Assembly (NCBI GenBank): GCA_037137535.1
Contig: JBAXKC010000001.1
Span: 64,001 to 128,000, forward strand
DNA from: a bacterium
Lineage (GTDB): Bacteria > Cyanobacteriota > Vampirovibrionia > Gastranaerophilales > JBAXKC01
Length of the DNA: 64,000 nt
Direction: 5' to 3'
The notes under the pieces were generated by a model that worked only from the letters and a program-made list of their open reading frames with translations, did no database searches and had not been told where the DNA came from. The translations under genes and the position numbers were made by a program. Positions 9,560 to 19,650 of this stretch are shown here, piece by piece; the stretch's first letter is position 1; the number at the start of each line of letters is the position of its first letter.

Positions 9560-10279
9560 ATGACAAAAATGATAACACTTAATAAAATACCAGTTAAGAT
9601 AACAAACGGTTTTCAATTAGGCTTTCAAGGGAAAGAAAATTGGGAGAAACCTTCTAAATATTTTAAAAAGGCCGAAATAACATCAGTAAACGACGATTAT
9701 ATTAAACATTCATGCATAAAAAAAGAAATCGTTCTTGTTGGAGCAATGATTGATCTTTCTATAGATAATGGTATTTATAACAAAAATCAAATCAAAACCC
9801 AAAAACTTCCTGCCTTTAAAGAAGCATCAACAGGCGAACAATTTTTCAGAGCAAGATTGAACTTACAAAAAGATTTGAAAGAAAAAGGTCTGGTTCTTGA
9901 TGCAACAAAAGAAAGAACAGATGAATTACATGTTAGTGAAGAATGCTCAAGAGATTCTTTCAGTTGCTCTACAAATTACTGGAAAGGCTTATTTGCGGCA
10001 AGCAAAGGTAAAGAACCATCAACAGATATGCAACCGCACAAACTTCACGAGCATATTAAATCAATATATTCTGGAGAATTAAATAGACCTACAAATAAAG
10101 ATCAATCGCCCTTAAACAATATTCCATACTACAATGGTGATGATGATGGTTTTAATAATGATGATTTTGACATATTTAACTACGAGCCTAAACAAAAGAA
10201 ACGCATAAATGCAGAGCAACAGGAATATTCTGCAAATAACCTCAATAATGAAGAAACACTCACTGAAGATGGTGAATAA
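9560..10279 (+). CDS. Hypothetical protein with acidic C-terminus
   Basis: 239-aa ORF with SD GAAGGA; no recognised domain. Confidence 0.7.
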   Translation: MTKMITLNKIPVKITNGFQLGFQGKENWEKPSKYFKKAEITSVNDDYIKHSCIKKEIVLVGAMIDLSIDNGIYNKNQIKTQKLPAFKEASTGEQFFRARLNLQKDLKEKGLVLDATKERTDELHVSEECSRDSFSCSTNYWKGLFAASKGKEPSTDMQPHKLHEHIKSIYSGELNRPTNKDQSPLNNIPYYNGDDDGFNNDDFDIFNYEPKQKKRINAEQQEYSANNLNNEETLTEDGE

Positions 10280-10328
10280 TTAGATATATTAAATTTACAT
10301 CCTAAAAACAAAAATAATCCCAAAACAA

Positions 10329-10356
10329 ATAAGAGCTGTTTAATAACAGCTCTTAT
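10329..10356. terminator. Bidirectional hairpin terminator between convergent genes
   Basis: ATAAGAGCTGTT-TAAT-AACAGCTCTTAT perfect inverted repeat. Confidence 0.7.
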
Positions 10357-10383
10357 CTATTAATAAATCTTGATTTTTAACTC

Positions 10384-12018
10384 TTAAACAGAAGCAGTTT
10401 CTTTTGATTTAGGTTGTGCAACCTCTGATTTCAAATTAACATAGCTGGCATTATAAACACCTTCTATTTCTCTAACTTGTTTAAGAATAGTTTCACTAAT
10501 AGCTTCATCAGTATTTAAAATCATAGTTGACTTACCACCAACTGCCTTATCTTTTCTTGCTACTTGCATCATGCTGATATTGATATTGTTATCACCAAGA
10601 ACAGAAGCTACTTTAGCAATCATACGAGGCTGATCTAAGTGAGGAGCAATTAAAATATGCTCAGCAGGTTCGATATTAGTGTTATATCCGTCAATATTAA
10701 CGATTCTTGGTGTATTTTCAGCAATTAAAGCACCGATAGCCAAACTTTCTCCTTTTTCGGCAAGAACTTTTACGCTTATTGAAGCATCAAAGCTGGAAGG
10801 ATTAGCATTTTTTGTTTCTGTAACTTCAATTCCTCTATTTTTAGCAATAATCGGAGCATTTACATAATTAACAGCTTCAAGAGTATTTGAGAAAACACCT
10901 TTTAAAATAGCCACTTTAAGCGGGGATATTGTTTTATTTGCCAATGAACCTTTTACGGTTATTTCAACTTTTTTAACAGCACCTTGAGCTAATTGACCAA
11001 CCAAAGAACCGAGATTTTCAGCTAAACTCATATATTCTTTAACAGGTTCTAGCATTTCCGCTTTTAAAGAAGGAATATTAACAGCACTTCTTGCTGATTT
11101 GCCCATTAATACATCTCTAATTTGCTCAGCAACATCAAAAGCTACGTTAACTTGAGCTTCTTCTGTACTTGCGCCTAAGTGAGGAGTTAAGATAATATCG
11201 CCTTTGCAATGTAAAAGAGGATTTTCAGCAATCATAGGCTCTTGTTCAAATACATCAATAGCCGCTGAAGCAACATGTCCTGCTTCAATTGCATCTTTTA
11301 AATCTTGCTCGTTGATAATTCCGCCTCTAGCGCAATTAACCATTCTAACGCCTTTTTTCATTTTAGCGATAGTTTCTTTATTTATAAGGTTTAAGGTATC
11401 TTTTGTTTTTGGAACATGAACAGTTATAAAATCACAAACAGGCCAGAATTCTTCTAAAGTAGAAACATAGGATGCACCCATTTCTTCAACTCTTTCTCTT
11501 GTCGTGAAAGGATCAAAGACAACTACTTTCATTCCTAAACCAAGAGCAGCAGTAGCAACTCTCATTCCAATTTTACCAAGTCCAATAATACCAAGTGTTT
11601 TATTGAAAACTTCTATGCCGGTAAATTTAGCTCTTTCCCATTTACCTTCTTTTGTAGAACAAGCAGCAGCAGGTATATGTCTTGCCATAGCAAGTATAAG
11701 AGCCACTGTGTGTTCAGCAGCGGCAGTTGTATTTCCATCAGGTGAATTTACAACAATAACGCCTCTTTGTGTAGATTCTTCAACGTCAATATTATCAACA
11801 CCAACGCCTGCTCTTCCGATAATTTTCATTTTTGTTGCAGCCGCTAAAACAGCTTTGGTTACTTTTGTCTGACTTCTAACCATAAAAGCATCGTATTCAC
11901 CGATTACTTCACAAAGTTTGTCCTCAGGAAGAGTTTCCATATATGTTACATCTGCAACATCAGCAAGAATATCTCCTGCCGCTTTATTAATTTTATCGGT
12001 AATTAAAACCTTAAACAT
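10384..12018 (-). CDS. serA: D-3-phosphoglycerate dehydrogenase (with ASB and ACT domains)
   Basis: GRAGVGVDNID, GIIGLGKIG, NCARGG, TPHLGASTEEAQ; C-terminal ACT domain. Confidence 0.96.
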   Translation of the reverse strand: MFKVLITDKINKAAGDILADVADVTYMETLPEDKLCEVIGEYDAFMVRSQTKVTKAVLAAATKMKIIGRAGVGVDNIDVEESTQRGVIVVNSPDGNTTAAAEHTVALILAMARHIPAAACSTKEGKWERAKFTGIEVFNKTLGIIGLGKIGMRVATAALGLGMKVVVFDPFTTRERVEEMGASYVSTLEEFWPVCDFITVHVPKTKDTLNLINKETIAKMKKGVRMVNCARGGIINEQDLKDAIEAGHVASAAIDVFEQEPMIAENPLLHCKGDIILTPHLGASTEEAQVNVAFDVAEQIRDVLMGKSARSAVNIPSLKAEMLEPVKEYMSLAENLGSLVGQLAQGAVKKVEITVKGSLANKTISPLKVAILKGVFSNTLEAVNYVNAPIIAKNRGIEVTETKNANPSSFDASISVKVLAEKGESLAIGALIAENTPRIVNIDGYNTNIEPAEHILIAPHLDQPRMIAKVASVLGDNNINISMMQVARKDKAVGGKSTMILNTDEAISETILKQVREIEGVYNASYVNLKSEVAQPKSKETASV

Positions 12019-13186
12019 TCGCTGTCTCCTTTTTCATTGAGTTCATTGTTTCAATGAGAGCTCTAACGCCTGCACCTTTTTCAAATTTATATCCAAGTGA
12101 ATCTAATGACATTTCTAATGCGCCAACGCAACCAATAATATCACGTTCGCTAACATAACCAAGATGTCCCATTCTAAAGATATTGCCTTTTAATTTATCT
12201 TGTCCGTCAGCAACTACAATGTCAAAATTATTTTTCAATGCTTTTCTGATATCACCAACGCTTATTCCTTCAGGAGGAAGTATTGATGTTATTGCATTAC
12301 TAGCTATTGAATCATCTTCAACAAATAATTTCAAACCAATTGCTCTAATTGCAGCTCTTAAACCTTTTGCAAGTCTTTCATGACGAGCATACATGTTTTC
12401 TAAACCTTCAGACTTCATCATTTTAAGTGTTTCAGCTAATGAAATAATCAATGAAACTGCTGCTGTATAAGGAGTTGAATCATCCGCAACCGCTTTTTTA
12501 TGAGCACCAAAGTTAAAGTAAAAACTTGTATATTCACATTTTTCATAGACAGCCCAAGCTTTTTTGCTGCAAGTTAAGAAAGCAAGCCCTGGAGGAATCA
12601 TGAAGCCTTTTTGACTTCCTGAAACAAGAACATCAACGCCCCATTCATCCATAGGAAGATTAATAGCACCAACGCTTGTAATACCGTCAACGATTGAAAG
12701 AGCGCCATGCTCAGCTATTATTTTAGCGATAGTTTTAACATCATTTGTAACGCCTGTTGAGGTTTCGTTGTGAGTTAAAGTTACGAATTTAATCTCTTTA
12801 TTTACATCTTCTGCAAGTCTTTTTCTAAGAACTTCAGGATCAATAGCTGTTCCCCATTCAAAATCAATGGTTTCAACATTTGCCCCTCTGGACTTAGATA
12901 TTTTTGCCCAACGAGAACCAAAATTCCCGATAGATAGACATAATACTTTATCACCAGGATTAACAAGATTAAAAATAGCTGCTTCCATTGCACCTGTACC
13001 ACTAGCTGCAAAAATAAAAACATCCTGTTCAGTCTGGAAAGCCCATCTTAAATCAGAATATACTTCTTTTAAAAGATTAGAAAACTCTTGGCTTCTGTGA
13101 CCTATCGGATGCTTTGCTAGTGCTAAAAGTGCGCTTTCAGGAACCGGTGTTGGTCCTGGGATCATTAGAAACTGCTTATCTTTCAT
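12011..13186 (-). CDS. Class V PLP aminotransferase (alanine-glyoxylate/serine-pyruvate family), probable phosphoserine aminotransferase
   Basis: LMIPGPTPVP, HNETSTG, GSQKG (PLP Lys) and FRMGHLG motifs; overlaps the serA start. Confidence 0.88.
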   Translation of the reverse strand: MKDKQFLMIPGPTPVPESALLALAKHPIGHRSQEFSNLLKEVYSDLRWAFQTEQDVFIFAASGTGAMEAAIFNLVNPGDKVLCLSIGNFGSRWAKISKSRGANVETIDFEWGTAIDPEVLRKRLAEDVNKEIKFVTLTHNETSTGVTNDVKTIAKIIAEHGALSIVDGITSVGAINLPMDEWGVDVLVSGSQKGFMIPPGLAFLTCSKKAWAVYEKCEYTSFYFNFGAHKKAVADDSTPYTAAVSLIISLAETLKMMKSEGLENMYARHERLAKGLRAAIRAIGLKLFVEDDSIASNAITSILPPEGISVGDIRKALKNNFDIVVADGQDKLKGNIFRMGHLGYVSERDIIGCVGALEMSLDSLGYKFEKGAGVRALIETMNSMKKETANV

Positions 13187-14471
13187 TCTCTTCTTCTCCT
13201 ATGTCGTCTTTATAATATTCGAACGCAAATTGTCCTAATTTCACAGTATCACCATCTTGAATACCACTTTGAGCTAAGGCATCCATAACTCCCATTGCTT
13301 TTAATATATTCTGAAGCCTTAAAACAGCCGTATGGTTTTCCAAATCAGTAACTGACGCAAGTCTTTCAACTTTTCCGCCAACAACCGTAAATGTGCCATA
13401 ATCTTCAACGATAGTAAAACCGCTGTCATCGTGGTTAGAGGCAATATCATCTTCTTCAACCTGAATATTGAAATCAGGTAGAGGAATTTCTTCTACTTTT
13501 TTAGTTATAAAATAAACAAGCTCTTTTGTTCCATTACCCGTTGCGGCAGACATTACGAAAACATCCTGTCCGTTATCAACGAAATATTTTTTAACAGTTT
13601 CAATTTTTTCTTCATCATAAACCGCATCTATTTTGTTTAATGCGACAATCTGAGGAATATCAGACAATCTACTGCCAAATTTTGCAAGCTCATTATTAAT
13701 AATATTGTAATTATTAATCGGATCTTCTTCTGTCATATCTAAAATATGAACCAAAATCCTTGTCCGCTCAACGTGTCTTAAAAACTCGTGACCTAAGCCT
13801 AAACCTTCACTTGCTCCCTCGATTAACCCGGGAATATCAGCAACAAGATAGCCATCGCCACTTGGTTTTCTAACCACACCGAGATTTGGAATAAGAGTAG
13901 TAAAAGGATAATCGGCAATTTTAGGCTTTGCCGCACTAATTACACTTATAAATGTTGACTTACCTGCATTTGGCATTCCCAAAAGCCCAACATCTGCAAT
14001 TAACTTTAATTCTAATTCTAATTCTCTTTCAATACCCGATTCACCAGGTTCACAGAATTGAGGGGCTCTTCTAGTCGAAGAAGTAAATCTTGAATTTCCT
14101 CTTCCGCCTCTGCCACCGGTCGCAACAACCATTGATTGACCATCATTCACAAGATCACCAATAATTTTTCCTGTTGCAACATCTCTAATAATTGTTCCGC
14201 AAGGCACTTTTAAAACAAGGTCTTTTGCATTAGCACCATGCATATTTTTTTGTCCGCCTTGTTCGCCATTTTTAGCAACAAAAAGCGACTTGTATTTGTA
14301 ATCTATAAGAGTAGTCATATTGCGTTCTGCAATAATAACAATACTTCCGCCATGACCACCATCACCGCCGGCAGGTCCGCCTTTCGGGACGTGTTTCTCT
14401 TTACGCCATGCAACAATACCATTGCCACCTGAACCAGAGATAATATTAATTTTTACTTTATCCATAAACAT
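13176..14471 (-). CDS. obgE: GTPase ObgE/CgtA
   Basis: Gly-rich Obg fold, GMPNAGKST, YPFTT, DIPG, NKID and a C-terminal OCT domain. Confidence 0.97.
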   Translation of the reverse strand: MFMDKVKINIISGSGGNGIVAWRKEKHVPKGGPAGGDGGHGGSIVIIAERNMTTLIDYKYKSLFVAKNGEQGGQKNMHGANAKDLVLKVPCGTIIRDVATGKIIGDLVNDGQSMVVATGGRGGRGNSRFTSSTRRAPQFCEPGESGIERELELELKLIADVGLLGMPNAGKSTFISVISAAKPKIADYPFTTLIPNLGVVRKPSGDGYLVADIPGLIEGASEGLGLGHEFLRHVERTRILVHILDMTEEDPINNYNIINNELAKFGSRLSDIPQIVALNKIDAVYDEEKIETVKKYFVDNGQDVFVMSAATGNGTKELVYFITKKVEEIPLPDFNIQVEEDDIASNHDDSGFTIVEDYGTFTVVGGKVERLASVTDLENHTAVLRLQNILKAMGVMDALAQSGIQDGDTVKLGQFAFEYYKDDIGEEENER

Positions 14472-14550
14472 AAAACTATCTTATCAGAAACCTAAATAAT
14501 TCAAAAGCTTTTTGTGATAAATTTCACAAAATAATTTTTTTTTTAGATTA

Positions 14551-15549
14551 TTAAGACACAAAACATGAAAATAATTCTTCAAGAGCAGGTTGTAATGAAG
14601 CATATCCCTTTATCTCAAATTTTGTTCGCTCTGTTTTTATTACCCAATTATGAAGAAGTTTAATTTTCGAACTGTCATTACAATTACTTCTAACTATTTG
14701 CCTAAAGAAATGTAAAAGCCCGTCAAAAAGCTCGTCAAGGGAATAATGCCCCTCTTTAAGTTCTGTATTTACAGTTTCCGCTAATTCTAAAGCTTCACCA
14801 TAAGAACCTACGGGCAATTTGGACACCAAATCAACAATCCTTTGAGAATAAACCCAACCAGCTTCTTTAGATGCAACATTTAAAACACAACACCTTGAAA
14901 CAATTGTTTCGATTACATCTTCTTTATCCTGTGCCAAAAAGAAAAACGTAATATTAGCACCAGGCTCTTCAATAGTTTTCAAAAGAGAATTAGCGGTATC
15001 TTCACGCAAGACATTACGGCTCAATGTTTGAGGAATCCAGGTATTTCTTATTTCATCAGCATTATCCGCCAAAGATTTAGGAGCATATAAACGTTCGCTA
15101 AAACTTTTCCATTCATTTTCAGCACGATTAGCATATTCTGTCCCCTCAACTGCACCTGTAAAAATAACTACCCTATGAAAATCAGAAGTAGTAGAAAGCA
15201 AGTTTTTCAAATACCTCGCCTGTTCTATCTTTATATTATCTGATTTTTTATCCACCCAATAGCCGTTTTCGTTATACTTAAAATCAGCTGGGGAAACAGT
15301 AATAACGGCAGGATGCCTGTTTTGAGAAATCCATCTTCCGTCCTGACAATTACATAATTCTAAATTCTTTCCACACTTACAGTTCAAAGCTCTTGCCGTT
15401 TCAAGTGCTATATAATAGCTCATCATTATATTTGAACCTGTTAATAAATAAGCATTAGCAAGTTTTGGAGGATTCACCGAAAAAAGTGATTCAAAGTATT
15501 CAGTAATAAAAGGCTGTTGCTGTTTTAAAAAATCCGAAAATAACATCAT
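14551..15549 (-). CDS. holB: DNA polymerase III delta' subunit
   Basis: LANAYLLTG, Cys cluster, IKIEQAR, ANSLLKTIEEP and TIVSRC (SRC) motifs. Confidence 0.85.
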   Translation of the reverse strand: MMLFSDFLKQQQPFITEYFESLFSVNPPKLANAYLLTGSNIMMSYYIALETARALNCKCGKNLELCNCQDGRWISQNRHPAVITVSPADFKYNENGYWVDKKSDNIKIEQARYLKNLLSTTSDFHRVVIFTGAVEGTEYANRAENEWKSFSERLYAPKSLADNADEIRNTWIPQTLSRNVLREDTANSLLKTIEEPGANITFFFLAQDKEDVIETIVSRCCVLNVASKEAGWVYSQRIVDLVSKLPVGSYGEALELAETVNTELKEGHYSLDELFDGLLHFFRQIVRSNCNDSSKIKLLHNWVIKTERTKFEIKGYASLQPALEELFSCFVS

Positions 15550-16541
15550 AATAAAAGTAAAACCTCCAAAGCCGTTTCAGCCTGCATTTTTCCCGATTTA
15601 ATACTTACTTCTGTTTCATAAAGATTTTTTTTCATTTTTATAAGAGCTTCGGGAGTTATTTTTAAAATATTTTTCAAATCCCGCTCTACAAAATTAGGCG
15701 GAATCCCCATTGCTTTTGATATATCAAATTTATTTTGAGTTTTAGAAGAAATTTGTTTTAATTTTATCCATTTTCTTACAGTACTTGTCAAAGTAGCAAT
15801 GACCATAAGCGGATGCGAATCCTCCAAAACCTTTGAAAGCTCTTTCATAGAGTCTGTTTTTTTACCAGTAAGCCATAAATCAGCAAGTTTAAAAATATCT
15901 TCTTTTTCATCATTAATTATTTCAATGTGTTTTGCTTCAATTTTTTTTGACGGATGAATATACAATTTCAGCTTTTCCAGTTCCATATCCAAACGTCTAA
16001 GGTCAGTTCCCATTTTATTGAAAAGAATTGTTGCCGCCTCTTTAGAAATTGAAATTTCTCTTAATTTTGCATTATCTGACATCCACGAAACAACTTTTTC
16101 CCCTTCCCAATACTGAAAAGGCTTAAATTCTTCAATTTTTCCGATAGTTTGAATATGTTTTACTATTTTAGAGGCAGAATTAATTTTTCGTTTGCTATTT
16201 CTCGGTACAATACACTTGAAAAGCACATATACATTAGGATTTATGTTTGACAACGTATCCAGAAATTTCTTAATATCAGCATCATGAAATTTAGACTTTT
16301 CTTCTGTTTCGTCGCCAGAACTGCTTCTCATAAATAATTTTGTAGAATGAACCTCAATAAGCACATTCCCAAAAGCCATGGGCAAATTCATCAAAACTTC
16401 TGTTAAATTTCTTACAGACAGCTCATTTAAAATCTTATGATTAAGCACAGCCCAATCAGGGTCAAGTATTTTCTCTTTTAAAGAATTTACCGACTTTTCC
16501 AAGTTAAAATCTTCTTCACCCCAATAAAGTAAAACAGGCAT
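15546..16541 (-). CDS. holA: DNA polymerase III delta subunit
   Basis: LYWGEEDF N-terminus, DLRRLDMELEKLKLY, IFKLAD and C-terminal IKSG motifs. Confidence 0.9.
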   Translation of the reverse strand: MPVLLYWGEEDFNLEKSVNSLKEKILDPDWAVLNHKILNELSVRNLTEVLMNLPMAFGNVLIEVHSTKLFMRSSSGDETEEKSKFHDADIKKFLDTLSNINPNVYVLFKCIVPRNSKRKINSASKIVKHIQTIGKIEEFKPFQYWEGEKVVSWMSDNAKLREISISKEAATILFNKMGTDLRRLDMELEKLKLYIHPSKKIEAKHIEIINDEKEDIFKLADLWLTGKKTDSMKELSKVLEDSHPLMVIATLTSTVRKWIKLKQISSKTQNKFDISKAMGIPPNFVERDLKNILKITPEALIKMKKNLYETEVSIKSGKMQAETALEVLLLL

Positions 16542-16587
16542 TAGTTGAGTCCTTTTAATCTTTTATATCTTGATTTTTCATAGATTT

Positions 16588-16596
16588 ATTATAACA
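16588..16596 (-). promoter_or_regulatory. Extended -10 promoter element for holA-holB
   Basis: Minus strand TGTTATAAT about 45 nt upstream of the holA ATG. Confidence 0.5.
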
Positions 16597-16639
16597 CACC
16601 GATATGTAGCACTCTGAAGTTATTTTTATCTTTACTAAA

Positions 16640-16825
16640 TTCTTTCATCACAAAGAAATTTCGATGCCTGAAGCCATCGACTCCCTTTTTATTTTAAAAA
16701 AAATAAAAAGGAAACAAAAACTTTGCAGCTCTGACCGCTACTGGCTTCTTTTCTTACTCTTTGAGTTGTTTTGCACAAAATGATTTTTGAGAAAAGAAGC
16801 AAACCGCTCGTTTGTGCCCGTTCTT
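16640..16825. other. Multi-hairpin, GC-enriched intergenic element (REP/MITE-like or ncRNA)
   Basis: Four consecutive inverted repeats: 16640-16657, 16661-16680, 16684-16711 and 16744-16800. Confidence 0.45.
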
Positions 16826-16856
16826 AATTCAATCTTTTACAAAATGACCAATAAAA

Positions 16857-16888
16857 AATAAGCCCACTCTATAATGAGTGAGCTTATT
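16857..16888 (-). terminator. Intrinsic terminator after nrdJ
   Basis: AATAAGCCCACTC...GAGTGAGCTTATT stem; T run on the minus strand. Confidence 0.7.
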
Positions 16889-16925
16889 AATCTTATTAAT
16901 AATAGAACTAAATATATTCTTATTA

Positions 16926-19307
16926 CTAACTACACTTAGAATAACCACAATTCTTGCAAAGAACGCAACCTTCACCGAATTCAAGCATTTGTCCGCATTC
17001 TGGGCATTCAGGACAATGTCCCGCATCTGCTTTAGAAGAATTAAGCGGAGTACAAGCTTTTTCAGCTCCTGTAATACATTCTTGAGTGTTAATTCCAAGC
17101 CCGTTGAGTTTTTCAAGGTTTCTTTCAAGAACTTTTGCAATAGCATCAGAACAAGAAAGAACCATTCCACCTTTAGCCATAGCAGGGGACGGACATCTGA
17201 TACCTGTCAGCTGGCTGATTATCGCATCAACTTCAACACCGGCTCTTAATGATAATGAAATCATTCTTCCTGTCGCTTCCGCCTGACTTGTCGCACAACC
17301 GCCCGATTTACCCATTCTTGCAAAGACTTCGCAAAGCCCTTCATCATCAACATTAATTGTTACATATAAAGGACCGCAACCTGTTTGAATCTTATCGGTG
17401 ACTCCATAAGTAACAACAGGTCTTTCTCTAGGAGTTACAACACCATGAGAAGTTGTTGCAGAAGCCTCAGCGGTTCTTGTGTCAGTAGCTTTAATAATCA
17501 TAGCCTGACCAAAACGGCTGTTGTTTCTATAAACGGTTGTTCCTTTTAATTTCGAATTAAAAGCAAGCATGTAAGTTTCTGCAATTTGCTCTCTTGTCGC
17601 ATCTTCGCAGAAGTTTACTGTTTTTGATACGGCATTATCAGTGTGAAGCTGGAAAGCAGCTTGCATTTTAACGTGCCAAGCAGGTGAAATATCGTGAGAA
17701 GTAACATAAACTTGCTGAACTTCCTCAGGAACTCCATCAACTCCAACAACTGAACCATGATATGAAATTTGCTTCATAACTTCTTCAGAATAAAAGTCTT
17801 TTTCTCTTGCAATTTTTTCAAGATACGGATTAACTTCTAAAAGCTCTGCTCCATCCATGATGTTTCTGATGAATGCAAGGGCGAAAATAGGCTCAACACC
17901 ACCTGAAGCGCCTGCAATCATGCTTATTGTTCCTGTCGGAGCAATACATGTTGTAGTTGCGTTTCTGATTCCGTATGTTTTAATATCTTCATCAAGATTT
18001 TTCCATTGCTCATCGGAAATAATACCTGCAGAAGTACCGTTATATTTTTCGTATAAGAAATTTTTATTATCATAGATAGAACCTTTGAAGTTTTTGAAAC
18101 TTCCTCTTTGTTTTGCAAGTTCAATTGATTCGACCTTAGAGTGATAATCAATAAATTCCATCATTTGAGCCGCTAACTTAACACCTTCTTCTGAATTATA
18201 AGGAATATTCATAATCATAAGAAGATCAGCCCATCCCATTACTCCAAGACCGATTTTTCTGTTAGCATCTACCATTTCGGTAATTTCAGGAAGCGGATAA
18301 TTATTAACAACAATTACGTTATCAAGGAAGTGTGAAGCAAGCTTAGTTGTATAAGCAAGTTTGTCCCAATCAATTTCAAGCTGTCCGTTTTCATTGGATT
18401 TGACCATCATACTAAGGTTAATTGAGCCAAGGTTACAAGCTTCATAAGGAAGTAAAGGAACTTCTCCGCAAGGATTTGTAGACTCAATGTCTCCAACATG
18501 AGGAGTAGGATTGTATCTGTTTACTTCGTCAATAAATACGATTCCCGGTTCGCCATTTCTCCAAGCATGATCGACAATAATGTCATATACTTCTTTAGCA
18601 CGCATTTTAGCAACAACTTTTTTAGTTTTAGGATGGAAAAGTTCATACTCTTGATCATTGATAACCGCTTTCATAAATACATCGGTTATTGCAACTGAAA
18701 TATTAAAGTTATTAAGTCTGTCACCATCAAATTTTGCATTGATAAAATCAAGAATATCTGGATGATCAACTCTTAAAATACCCATGTTAGCACCACGTCT
18801 TGTTCCACCTTGCTTAACAGCTTCAGTTGCAGCATTAAACACTTCCATAAAGGAAACAGGACCTGACGATACGCCCATAGTTGTTTTAACTATGTCGTTT
18901 TTAGGTCTTAATCTTGAGAAAGAAAAACCTGTACCGCCACCACTTTTGTGGATAATAGCAGTATTTTTAATGGTTTCAAAAATAGCTTCGAGTGAATCTT
19001 CGATTGGAAGAACAAAACACGCTGAAAGCTGTCCTAATTCTCTTCCTGCATTCATTAATGTAGGACTGTTTGGCATAAAGCAACGATTAGCCATAAATCT
19101 GTAAAATTCTTCAGCTAATGTTTGAACTTTTTCTTCATTTAAACCGAAAGACTTATCGCCGTCAGCAATGGTTGAAGCAACCCTCCAAAAAAGGTCTTCA
19201 GCTGTTTCAACAGGTTGACCGTTTTCATCTTTTCTAAGATAGCGTTTTGCTAAAACCGTTCTGGCATTTTCAGTTAGATCCATTTGTTCTTTTAAAAAAG
19301 GTGTCAC
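16926..19307 (-). CDS. nrdJ: Class II (adenosylcobalamin-dependent) ribonucleotide reductase with C-terminal TSCPD-like domain and Zn ribbon
   Basis: PNSPTLMNAG, LSACF, TNPCGE, APTGTIS, DNAVSKT; C-terminal CPECG...EGCVLCKNCGYSKC. Confidence 0.95.
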   Translation of the reverse strand: MTPFLKEQMDLTENARTVLAKRYLRKDENGQPVETAEDLFWRVASTIADGDKSFGLNEEKVQTLAEEFYRFMANRCFMPNSPTLMNAGRELGQLSACFVLPIEDSLEAIFETIKNTAIIHKSGGGTGFSFSRLRPKNDIVKTTMGVSSGPVSFMEVFNAATEAVKQGGTRRGANMGILRVDHPDILDFINAKFDGDRLNNFNISVAITDVFMKAVINDQEYELFHPKTKKVVAKMRAKEVYDIIVDHAWRNGEPGIVFIDEVNRYNPTPHVGDIESTNPCGEVPLLPYEACNLGSINLSMMVKSNENGQLEIDWDKLAYTTKLASHFLDNVIVVNNYPLPEITEMVDANRKIGLGVMGWADLLMIMNIPYNSEEGVKLAAQMMEFIDYHSKVESIELAKQRGSFKNFKGSIYDNKNFLYEKYNGTSAGIISDEQWKNLDEDIKTYGIRNATTTCIAPTGTISMIAGASGGVEPIFALAFIRNIMDGAELLEVNPYLEKIAREKDFYSEEVMKQISYHGSVVGVDGVPEEVQQVYVTSHDISPAWHVKMQAAFQLHTDNAVSKTVNFCEDATREQIAETYMLAFNSKLKGTTVYRNNSRFGQAMIIKATDTRTAEASATTSHGVVTPRERPVVTYGVTDKIQTGCGPLYVTINVDDEGLCEVFARMGKSGGCATSQAEATGRMISLSLRAGVEVDAIISQLTGIRCPSPAMAKGGMVLSCSDAIAKVLERNLEKLNGLGINTQECITGAEKACTPLNSSKADAGHCPECPECGQMLEFGEGCVLCKNCGYSKCS

Positions 19308-19613
19308 TCTTATATCTCCATCAACAATGTATTATAGCATTTTGGGCAGATAGCCGTTTTACAGAAATAAGTCTTTTTCAATTTTATACAATCAGTAAAA
19401 CTATAACGTCATGTTATATTGAACGAAACATGATTTTTTGAAAAGCCATGCTATCACCATGTTTTTATAAGGTTAAGGGAAATTTAAAACAAACTCACTG
19501 ATATAAACCACATGAAAAACTGTCTAGTGTTTTTAACATAATTTTACGAAAATTTAAAAGTTAAAGACTTGATTCAACTTTCCACAATAATTTATAAAAT
19601 AATTTATAGCAAC

Positions 19614-19650
19614 AACAAAAGATATCGATAGATGAACAAAAGATATCGAC
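19614..19650. promoter_or_regulatory. Tandem operator-like direct repeat, candidate NrdR boxes
   Basis: AACAAAAGATATCGA at 19614 and 19635 (21-bp period), upstream of nrdJ. Confidence 0.5.
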
